Assembly (NCBI RefSeq): GCF_964355755.1
Contig: NC_092675.1
Coordinates: 14,480,912 to 14,544,911, forward strand
Source: Antedon mediterranea
Lineage: Eukaryota > Animalia > Echinodermata
DNA length: 64,000 nucleotides
Direction of reading: 5' to 3'
Positions 53,868 through 64,000 of this stretch are shown in pieces; within the stretch, counting starts at the first letter, position 1; every line of letters starts with the position of its first letter. The position numbers were made by a program, and so were the translations under genes. A model generated the notes under the pieces. The model worked only from the letters and a program-made list of their open reading frames with translations, did not search any database and was not told where the DNA came from.

Positions 53868-54140
53868 TTCCTTACAATGTGCTAAATCATACAACATTGG
53901 TTGCTGGTGGTGTCTACAATATCTAAGCTAGGCTAGTTGGGGGAAGGGGGTCTCTAGTCGAACTTTAGAGGGGTCTGCCAGGGCCAAGACATGTACAGAT
54001 AGTCTGTAATAGGTAATTTAGCATTTCTTACAATGTGCTAAATCATATAACATTAGTTGATGGTGGTACAGTATCTACAATATCTAATCTAGGCCAGTTG
54101 GGGGAAGGGGAGTCTCTAGTCAAACTTTAGGGTGTCTGGC
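53868..54140. repeat. Direct duplication, ~156-bp period, 2 copies
   Basis: cttacaatgtgctaaatcata...tctacaatatctaa...agttgggggaagggg...aactttag at 53871 and 54027. Confidence 0.8.
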
Positions 54141-54270
54141 ACTTGCGGTGCAGCAGACAATTAGTCTGTCGTTACCCATTTAGTATTGTATGAACACAAC
54201 TTGTTCATTTGGCATTAATTTTGAGTGGTACCTCACTCATCTATGCTATCCCCATTTTTAGGCCCTCCCT

Positions 54271-55179
54271 CGATTTTTTTTTTCGTACATAAGTTGGGGA
54301 CCCCCTCATGAAACGTCACAAAATAAACATGAATAATTCATCAGTTAAATTTTCTTGTTCCTTGTGCACCCAAGCGTATAGCAACAAGAAGTGATTACAC
54401 AACTGCGATACGATACTTTTACAGTCGGCCTAGGATTCTAAGTCAATTCACGTGATTGCCTTCGCGCACTCTTCTTCACACACACACACACCACTATGCA
54501 AAATGTGTCGAGTCGAGGCTAATCGACAGCTAGGCAAGACTTTACACTAAGTAGTAATTCATTGGACATAGCCCAAAGAAAGCTTAGACCCACAAGAATA
54601 AAGAATGTGTATAATTTGTGTACTGTATTTTTTTAATTCTGCTATTTTATTATCAAACAATATGCATGTAATCAAAGGAACTTTAAAAATGCGCGTATAT
54701 GAACACATGCGATGGGAAGGTTAGACCCACGAGAATAAAAAATGTATTTTTGTGTAATGTTTATTGTTTAATTTTGCTGACTCTAACACACACGTCACAC
54801 ACACCAACACAGCTACTACTCTAGAATAGACACGGGTTTAGAGAATAGTAATTAGGCCTAATAGTATAGTATCAATAGAAACTATAATTTTAACACGTAA
54901 TTCTTTAGTAATAAATTATATTAAACACACCATAAACTAAAGGCTGATTATTTCGACAATCCACACAAAACGCCGCTATTCTATTATGAAATCGCACGCG
55001 GCAACCACAGCGGAGATAGGCCTAGAATCGTACCGCACTGTGTAAACTACTGTTATCACTTCTTGTTGCTATACGCTTGGGTGCACACGGAACAAGAAAA
55101 TTTAACTGATGAATTATTCATGTTTATTTTGTGACGTTTCATGAGGGGGTCCCCAACTTATGTACGAAAAAAAAAATCG
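54271..55179. mobile_element. MITE with ~125-bp near-perfect TIRs, superfamily unassigned
   Basis: cgattttttttttcgtacataagttggggaccccctcatgaaacgtcac...gcaacaagaagtgat, with reverse complement at ~55055-55179. May extend ~12 bp further, imperfectly. TSD not resolved. Confidence 0.78.
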
Positions 55180-55888
55180 CTGGCGGGCATACAGTATTGC
55201 AGCAGACAAAATGTCTGTCGTTGGTGATATTGGTATAAGGATGCCAATAGGCATCCCATGGTGGTGAAATTTGGTGGTATTTCTCTCATCTAATTGGTGC
55301 CGATTTTTTAGCACCTTTCAGGGTCCCCCGGTCTAGACGCAGCAGGGGGTTCCCGGCAGACTCCCATTTACATTGACTTCCCATTTACACACTTAAATAG
55401 TCAAATATTGGTACCTAGCTCATATCTAACCAAATGTCTCTGGACTGCCTGTTTAATACTAAAAATTTATTCAAGAACACCATAAAAAAAATACTTGTTT
55501 AAAATTGTTTTTGTTGATTATATGCCATTTTTCAATAGTTATTCACTTCAAATTGGATCGAAACTAAAATTATTTACCTGAAAAAACTTTAATTTAAAGC
55601 AAAACATTTTAGTTTATTTATTTTATTTTACAGTCTTTTTGCTTTATTCAAAATCTGATTTTATTAATCTACATTTTTAGGGGACAATACATTTTAATCC
55701 TCCTAATGTAATTACAATAGTATATTGGTTGTTGATCAATCTCAAGATGAGGGTTTCTTTTTTGCGAGTTGCAAGTCGGAAAATGCCAGTTATGAGTTGA
55801 AATATGCGAGATGCGGGTCGGAAAATGTGAGTCGGAAAATGCGAAAACTTGTTCACCGAAAACTATTTTTCAAGGATGTCGTATCATT

Positions 55889-55995
55889 AACAAGGCCATA
55901 TACATGGCTGCCGTCGCGTGCTCATGTTAGTGTTTACCGACCAACCGACCGACCAACATAGTGAGCTGTAGAGTAGCGTTGCACACGACTAAAAA
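55889..55995 (+). mobile_element. Short DINE-1/HINE-like (Helentron-associated) element
   Basis: aacaaggcc...gtcgcgtg, (ccga)n tract, catagtgagctgtagagtagcgttgcacacgactaaaa. A related copy lies at 62179-62304. Confidence 0.5.
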
Positions 55996-58249
55996 TCAAA
56001 TATATACACGCAAAAAATATAAACCAAAAAATCAGTAAATAAATTACAATTTAAATTTAGTTTTTAAAGATTTATTTTTCCATAATTAACCTGTTTAAAG
56101 ACTAGTGGTTGTTTTATTTAACATAAATGTTGTTGAAACGAACTTATACTGAATATTATAAGGGTAATGATGATTAGAAACAGACATGAGTCATTTAGTA
56201 AAACTAATTTCACTGTTTTCAGACAAACTGTCCATATATAATATAACTACAGTACTACCATCAGAAAGTCATGGAGAGAGGACCAATTAATTATCTGTTG
56301 ACATAGTGCCTCTCCATTTAAAATACATTCTGGAATCTAACCATGTTATCTATGAATATACAATTTAACATTCTGTTTGCTTTTCATAATTCTGGAAAGA
56401 AAACTGTAAAATGTCAGTCTCAAAAATTCATAAGTACTATGTTCAAGTATACGTAGTAGGCATCTATCAATTGTATTATACTAGAGGGTTCGCTCGCGCA
56501 TCCTCTAGTGGGTGTACCCGAATGGTCATCGAAAACATGACCAACGCCTCTGAAAATTGAAGCCCATGTGACACCTATGCATATGACTGATGAGTAATGT
56601 ATGTTTATTTTGTGATGTTTCATGGTGGTCCATAAATTAGGTACGCCAAAAATATCGCTTCCAGGGTAATGTAGCAAATTAGAGTTAAAAAAATGTACGA
56701 ATAGAGAACAATATAGGCTAATTATTATATTCGGTCTTCCGCCGAATGTGTGTGTGAGAGTTGAACCTGTACTGAAAATAAGTTTGGTAAGATAGTCCAG
56801 TCAATCTAATGATATACCCACCACAAATTGCAATAGTAACAAAGCTAGTATTTTTAAATTCTATATAATGTGTAGAACGACATACTAAAAGTCACCGAAA
56901 ATCCAAGCATTGGGTCAAGGGGTCAGAGGTCAATAAAGGTCATTTTAAGTCAAAATTAATATGCCCCATTAATTACATAAATTTAACCATTTAAAATACA
57001 TTATATACAAGTGGGATTTATGTCTCCGAAAGCTTATTAAATTTCCTATTCAGTGATATCAGACTTATAGTCATAACATTTTATTTAGAATGTCATTTTT
57101 GCGGAAAAACACAACATAATGTGTCAATTTTGGCTAAAAATGTTGTTTTCAATGTAAACAACAATGGTATACACACAGGAGGGATACCCTGGGGTGAACA
57201 TTTCAGTCCAACGCGATACACATGACCAGTTCAAGATGCAGATGAGTGACATCTCCGTTCCTGTTGCTTCTGGATGATCTACATTCCATTTTTTCCAGAT
57301 GGCATTTGTGTTGCCATGGTTACAGTATTTATATTGGGATGTATAACTATTTTTTAACCAGTGGAAATACAAAATGTTCAACAGCAGTTTGACAATGACC
57401 TCCATGTTGTATGACGTTCGGACCATCTAGGCTGGATTGTCAACAGACCTGGTGATTGAAAAAGTTTCTATGAGAAGCCTCAAAGAAAACCAGAGGTTTG
57501 GCAAGAGAATAGGAATGCGTACATCCAGACCAAATCTGCGCTGAAATGTATGTAATGCCTTGTAATAGTATCTCCAGCAGCGGCCAACATAAGACCTTAT
57601 GGCCACACGTCAGAAACACAATGGCAATTGAAAAATCCATTTGGTTACGACTCAGAGACTTCATACCATTGACACGGGAGTTACTGCAGGTGACTCGGAA
57701 TATTAGCAATGTGGTATTAAGCATTGAATATTTTGGCCAGAAAGTCTTGCAATGTATTCAAGATCCTGGCAATAAAGTCATATGTGTGCATCAATCCTAC
57801 AGTTCCAGAGGAGACTCGAGGTGACTTTGTTATCCACCACCACTTTTTGAAACTACCAACTTACAATACTTTCAGCTAATAAACCAACATGATGCCACGT
57901 GGAAACAACTTCTTCTGAATAGTCTAATACATCCAACTCACTGAATGATGTCCAGTAGGCCTACATTTTAGATGGTAGTGCTCTCCTGCACAGCATTCCA
58001 TGGAATAGTGTAGAGATCTGTAAAAAATATTGCTCTGCATAGTCTTTGATAATTATGAAAGCGGCTCATCCACCAAAGACGGCGCACATGGTAAGGCGGG
58101 TCAGGTGGTAGTATCCCTGTACATTTTACCAGTGACATGTGCCACAAAATAGGATCACTTTCTGTAACAAACAACAATTTATAAATCTTCGTAACTAGTA
58201 TTTGAACTTTCGGATAGTACAAAAAACCATTGAATCAGCAAACAGGAAA

Positions 58250-58900
58250 ACATCATCCGATGACACGGATCTACTAGTGCTCCTCTGCAGTCAAGCATTT
58301 AAAACATCTTGTGATATTCTTTAGACTGGAGCTGAGATGCTGGACTATCAAACTGGTTCAAACAGTACTTTTGAGAGACATCTGTGATAACCTTCTGTTT
58401 GCTCATGCGATACTGGTGACACAACATCCAAAGTTTTCGGAATTGGAAAACAAGTGGCTCTAAAAAAGCTTGTCATTGCACTTATTTCTGACATTATGCT
58501 GTAGTCTTCAGATGCAAACAAGCTACAAAGGATGACATTGTGGTTGCTAGAGAAAATGGTTTAGTGCGTCTGTACAATGGACTACCTGGACAACGTGGAA
58601 TGACTCCATCCCATCTACAAGTACAACCTCGCATATCGCCAACTTCATAATCGTACCACAACCAAGGTACTTAACATCATGTTCAAGTTCAAGTTATCTT
58701 TTAGCAATAGAGTGGGGTTGATATGTGTACCGAGGATTGGGGATGGAAGATCAGATGATGGAAACATGGTTCCTCTACACACAGACTTAAAGCCAGAACC
58801 CAAGTATCTCCTTGAAGCATTCAGGGTAACTAGAACTACATGTGGTGAATGCAATGGCATTGCACTGTACTAATACCCGAACAAGAAAGTGATACTGATG
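58250..58900 (+). pseudogene. Academ C XPG/Cys-finger remnant
   Basis: DDTDLLVLLC (~58259), LFAHAIL/DTTSKVFGIGKQVALKK (~58393-58468), WGW-like segment and CGEC..HCTN. Homologous to Academ A fragment 3, with many frameshifts. Confidence 0.75.
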
Positions 58901-58960
58901 ACATATAAGTTGTGAGTCCTTTTCTATTTGAAGTATTAAACAATATCATCCCACACGGAG

Positions 58961-59735
58961 CAATTCAAATAAAAAGGTCTGGATTAAAATGATCTTACAA
59001 AATATACAAAAATATCACAATATACAGTACAATATAACAAGAGTCAAAGTTCAAGAATTTAAGAGTCGGATGGCAATTGGCAAAAACGAATTTCTTTTCC
59101 AGTTTGTTCTACATGCCGGGCATTGAAAGCGACGCCCATGAGGCATGAGCTCGAAATCACTGAACAAGGCATGGTTAACAAGAATAGCTCTACTTTTTTC
59201 TAGAGTTTGCATGTCACAGAAGGAAGATAAGCTACGAAGTTGACAACCTATTAATTTAGAACTTAAGTTAACAATTCTTTGTAGTGAGTTTCTCTTTTTG
59301 ACCCTAAGACTAAAAAACCAGCATATAAAGGAAACAAGTTAAAACGTTCTCAATAAAGGAATTATGAAAAACCATGAGAATTACTTTTATCGACATTAAA
59401 ATGGTTCAGCTTCCTTAACAGATAAAGTTTCTGGTGTCCTTTCTTTACTATTGCCTCTTTATTTAATTCCCAGCTGAGAATGTCCTCAAATATAGTACCT
59501 AGGTATTTAAAGGAATGGACAATATCGCTGGTTCGTCATTTGTGGGGGATACCAGAGGGCTGCGTCCTTTCTCCTTCCTAAAATCTACAATAATCTCCTT
59601 GGTTTTGGTCACATTGAGTTCCAAGTAGGAGTTTCCACAAAATTGGATAAAACCATCTAATGCGGAACCATGACCGTCCTGTGAATTTTGAAGGAGAGAC
59701 AGCAAGACAGTGTCGTCAACAAATTTGCATAAACG
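58961..59735 (-). mobile_element. 5'-truncated non-LTR retrotransposon (Rex1/Babar-like): RT C-terminus and 3' UTR
   Basis: Minus strand KFVDDTVLLSLL...YLELNVTKTKEIIVDFRK...FKYLG...KLYLLRKL...RTNWKRNSFLPIAIRLLNS* (stop 59051-53). Confidence 0.85.
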
Positions 59736-60964
59736 CTACCCCTTACCCCAAAATTGTTTACATTACATTTGATCAAGAATCAATTTCAATAAGAATAGTA
59801 GCCTACATCATTACTTTTAAAATTCTTCTAGTTAACATCATGTTTCCTATTTTATATATCGATAGGTACAGATAAAACACAATTTTGATTAAATGCATAT
59901 ACAATTATGGCACAATATTACAGTTAATCCTTTTTTTTAAGGAAAAAAATGAGTTTTTGTAAAAGGTCAATAACCTTTTGACCTCTAGTTATATAAATAC
60001 ATGTTGTATTTTGTTTTTTTAAATTGCATATTAGAAAGAAATATATATTCTACACATTGATATCAAGATTATTGAGATTGGATTATAAAACCACAAGTTA
60101 TGGGCATAAATGTTACCCCCCTACCCCAAAATATTTATGGAATAAAATCACTATATAGTTGTTGAGATTACGTAAAAAATAATGTGTTCCAATGCTTCAA
60201 TTTTCGGTGACTTTTAATATGTCATTATAAACTACATTTGGAATGAAAAAATTAATGTTTCGTTACTATTGCAATTTGTGGTGGGTTTACCTCTAAATAT
60301 CACTAGATTGACTGGACTAAGATGCGAAATGTATACCAATTATGATTGATTACGTCCCCTGTCAGCAATGATATATGGACACTTGACAGCAATCGGTGGT
60401 TAGGAACGTAAAGGGGAAAAGTTACTCAATAGATTTATTTATTTGTAAACAAAATGTACATTAATTCTCCCTGTAAATGATGTAAAAACTTTCAACAATT
60501 GGTATTACAACAATTGGTATTAATGCAAATAATATAATTGTAAAGAACAGTATATGTATAATATAGGCTACATATTATATTATTATATATATTATCTGAA
60601 CGTTACACACAGGAGGAAACCGTTAATAGGGGTCATCAATCACTGAAACAGTCTCTAACGTGACCGTACCAAGAGACTAAAAGCATAGTTTATCAACGTG
60701 GGTGACAGTGAGCGGGGCTTTAACATTTGTATCACAATATATCATGATAACAGCATCTTGTTAATTTTGGAACAAAATGATCAAATAACAACTTTCGTAG
60801 CCTACTTATATTTCGGTCGTAGTAGACACCATTTATAATTATAAATAGAGCAAGCAACAGAAATAATCGATAAACAGTAAAGGTGTTTCCCTGGTAGGCA
60901 TGGCCTCCTATAGTAACATTGAATCGCACCTAAATTTGATAAAATTATTAATAAATAGCATAAA

Positions 60965-61245
60965 TAATTAGTTAAATTACTAAAACAAATTGTATTTCAC
61001 GTAAAGTAAAGGACTTTATAATTGATATTTGAATATCTAAAACAAAAATTGTAGTTCATGATTCAGTTGAATCACTAAAATCACATTGTAGTTCACATAA
61101 AAGTAAAGGCCTACAATAAAAGTTAAATTACTAAAACAAATTGTAGTTCATGTAAAGTAAATGCCTTTAATCAATATAATTGATAGTTGAATATCTAAAA
61201 CAAATTAATTTCAGTAGTTCACGATACGTTGAACCACTAAAATAT
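60965..61245. repeat. Degenerate AT-rich tandem repeat (ctaaaacaaattgtagttca core)
   Basis: About 5-6 imperfect copies of (a/t)ctaaaacaaattgtagttca(c/t)g. Confidence 0.6.
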
Positions 61246-61767
61246 TTTTTTATTTAATATTGAATGGCGCCACCAACGGCCATTTTGCCGGAAGTGACGG
61301 ACCCGGAAGCCAGTTGAACAACAGCGCGAGTGTGTGAAAATAACCCTGTGATATCCACAAATTTCGATAGGTAACGCTAAATGTTGTCGTTGTAAAAGAA
61401 ACAAGCACGAATGTGCAATACTCGTGGTACAGCGAAAGAAGCTGTAATGACGTCATAAGACCGGATGTGTAACGTCACATACACATCAAAAATCCGGCTC
61501 TCTATAGCTTTGAGGACATGTCCTTGTAGTATATTCATGCTAAATCCGAGCTCAATACTACAACGAATAAGGGAGGAGTAGTACTTTATAAATCGCACTT
61601 TTTGCTCAATAGTGTGTGGATGGTAGAAGAAGAGGAAAAGATGAGAGAGTCCTAGACTCAGGTACCCCGAGTAATAAAACGAGATATACTCTATATCATA
61701 TTACGTATACAGTATATTTCACCATAAAGCGAAATAGGTTTCGCGTATTTTTAACATTAATTAATCA

Positions 61768-62178
61768 TTATGGCCACTTTAAAAGTGGTGTTTACTAAAT
61801 TAATGCTAAAAATACGCATTTTAAATTGCTTTAAAATCCGTACTTGCCCGCACTGGGCCGGGGCAAGTGGCACATTTTTGGAAAGCCAGGACCATACTAC
61901 GTCAATCTATACTATTGTGAACCCGGCCCGAGGTGTCGGGGTGTGGTCATATGGCCACTTTAAAAGTGGTGCTATTAATACTTAGTAAAATAACACTAAA
62001 AATACGCATTTTAAGTTGCTTTAAAACACGTACTTGCCCGCACTGGGCCGGGGCAAGTGGCACATTTCTGGAATGTCAGGACCATTCTACGTCAATCCAT
62101 ACTATTGAGAACCCGGCCCGAGGCGTCGGGTGTGGTCATACTGCCACTTTAAAAGTGGTGCTATTAATACTTAGTAAA
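61768..62178. repeat. ~185-190-bp tandem repeat, ~2.2 copies, rich in short palindromes
   Basis: gccacttt(t)aaaagtggtg at ~61772, 61954 and 62143. Hairpin acttgccc...gggcaagt in each full unit. Confidence 0.85.
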
Positions 62179-62304
62179 AACAAGGCCAACAGCCATAAAG
62201 TCGCGTGCTACAATGCATAGTGATACCGGACCGACAGACAAACAGACCGACAGACAGACAGACAGACCGACAGACAGACGGACCGACCGACATAGTGAAC
62301 TATA
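62179..62304 (+). mobile_element. DINE-1/HINE-like element fragment with (GACA/GACC)n tract
   Basis: aacaaggcc...agtcgcgtgct...(gaca/gacc)n catagtgaactata. Same architecture as 55889-55995, 3' end missing. Confidence 0.5.
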
Positions 62305-62739
62305 CTGACCGAAATTACTGAACATGTTTAAAAATGTTGAAATGTTTAAAAACATTTATATTTTTTTAATTTACACGTGCGTAGCCTGTCACTTTTGACG
62401 TGCTCGTATAACGTAATTTCGAGTTGAAAAGTAAGTCAAGAAAACAGAAATCGGGCAAAAAGAGTGCGCAATAACATTTAACGCGCAGTGCGCGCGCAAA
62501 AATCTGCGCACTCATGGCAATTTTGTAAACGCTTAAAATTGCCTGAAACGTACTCTTATTTCATCGAAAATAAATTTTTTAAATTTTAAGCGCGCGTACG
62601 CATGCGTTACATGCGCTACGCACGTAATTGTATTGCCATATGATGATTTATGCCCTGAAATTTATGAGTACCAAATTTTATTTAATTGTGATTCATGGTT
62701 GTTAAAGTAGAAATGTCAACACCTATTTGAGTATTTGTA

Positions 62740-64000
62740 CGAAAGCCCATTAATGCCATTTGAAGTATATGTTTTTCGAACGTAATCCGTTCTAACGAAT
62801 TAGTAATTCGTTTGAACGGATTAATAATCTGTTCAAACGAATTAGTAATCCGTTCAAACGAATTGCAACATATACAACAAGTGCCATTTAAAGTATATGT
62901 TGTAATTCGTTTAAACGGATTACTAATCCGTTCAAACGAATTGCTAATTTGTTTAAACGGATTACTAATTTGTTCAAACGAATTACTAATTCGTTCAAAC
63001 GAATTAATAATTTGTTTAAACGGATTACTAATTCGTTCAAACGAATTAGTAATCCGTTTAAACAAATTAGTAATTTGTTTAAACAAATTAATAATTTGTT
63101 TAAACAAATTAATAATTTGTTTAAACAAATTAATAATTTGTTTAAACGGATTACTAATCTGTTTGAACGAATTAGTAATTCGTTTGAACGAATTAGTAAT
63201 CCGTTTAAACAAATTAGTAATTTGTTTAAACAAATTAATAATTTGTTTAAACGGATTACTAATTCGTTTAAACGAATTAGTAATTCGTTTAAACAGATTA
63301 GTAATCCGTTTAAACAAATTACTAATCCGTTTGGACGGATTCCTAATTCGTTTGAACAGATTATTAATCTGTTTAAACAAATTAGTAATTCGTTTGAACG
63401 GATTAGTAATCTGTTCAAACGAATTAGTAATCCGTTCAAACCAATTGCAACATATACAACAAGTGCCATTTAAAGAATATGTTGTAATTCGTTTGAACGG
63501 ATTACTAATCTGTTCAAACGAATTACTAATTTGTTTAAACAGATTAATAATTTGTTAAAACGAATTAGGAATCCGTTCAAACGGATTAGTAATTTGTTTA
63601 AACGGATTACTAATTTGTTCAAACGAATTACTAATTCGTTCTAACGAATTAGTAATCCGTTTGAACAAATTATTAATTTGTTTAAACAAATTAATAATTT
63701 GTTTAAACGGATTACTAATTCGTTCAAACGAATTACTAATTTGTTCAAACAGATTAATAATCCGTTTAAACAAATTATTAATTTGTTTAAACAAATTACT
63801 AATTCGTTTAAACGGATTACTAATTCGTTTGAACGAATTAGTAATTCGTTTGAACGGATTACTAATCCGTTTAAACAAATTAGTAATTCGTTTGAACGAA
63901 TTAGTAATCCGTTTAAACAAATTAGTAATTCGTTTGAACGGATTAGTAATCCGTTTGAACAAATTAGTAATCCGTTTAAACAAATTAGTAATTTGTTTGA
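62740..64000. repeat. 21-bp near-palindromic tandem array, probably internal to a non-autonomous DNA transposon starting at TA|CGAAAGCCC; runs off window end
   Basis: Unit attagtaatccgtttaaacaa, whose reverse complement ttgtttaaacggattactaat is a rotation of the same consensus. Spacer ttgcaacatatacaacaagtgccatttaaag at 62863 and 63445. Confidence 0.85.

Larger units (their letters stand above)
56793..60319 (+). mobile_element. Academ DNA transposon C (3,527 bp, heavily decayed) containing a LINE fragment
   Basis: TIR TAGTCCAGTCAATCTA...cccaccacaaattgcaatagtaac, inverted at ~60262-60319 and continuing imperfectly (aagtcaccgaaaat). 3-bp TSD AGA. Confidence 0.85.

Noticed and set aside
59051-59735. 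Host-gene domain suggested by the LELNVxKTKExIVDFRK motif
   Set aside because: It follows the RT KFxDDT motif and is the typical C-terminal part of a Rex1/Babar-like LINE.
60732-60929. Possible host exon on the minus strand (65-aa ORF after tttag)
   Set aside because: No recognisable protein motif and no partner exons; cannot be supported from sequence alone.
61770-62355. ORFs with repeated MATLKVV...CPHWAGASG peptide
   Set aside because: Translation of a ~185-bp tandem repeat with frame-breaking indels between units.
62682-63983. Leucine-rich-repeat or coiled-coil-like ORFs of 142-248 aa on both strands
   Set aside because: By-product of a stop-poor 21-bp palindromic repeat; equivalent peptides appear on both strands.

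Overview
AT-rich eukaryotic (animal, probably marine invertebrate) heterochromatin-like DNA with no recognisable host gene. Bases 1-33017 are two abutting tandem arrays: a GA/GATA-rich ~18-24 bp minisatellite (1-19407) and an 88-bp satellite with variant monomers and higher-order duplications (19413-33017). The rest is a nest of mobile elements, most readable base-exactly from termini and target-site duplications (TSDs). A Gypsy LTR retrotransposon (48981-53860) has gag interrupted by a MULE-like foldback MITE and cut by an Academ (XPG/Cys-finger type) DNA transposon (33018-48980). That Academ is split by a hAT MITE and by a 10.4-kb Polinton/Maverick derivative (33288-43660; AGTAGT termini, 6-bp TSD, ~2.1-kb TIRs). 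The Polinton has lost its core: the integrase 5' end is fused to the pPolB 3' end, and a second Academ sits in the integrase. It keeps an open, intronless Bcl-2-like gene and an unknown gene duplicated inside both TIRs. Further right are a third Academ with a Rex1/Babar-like LINE fragment, small MITE/HINE-like elements and a 21-bp palindromic array. All family calls come from reading motifs by eye; no database search was run.
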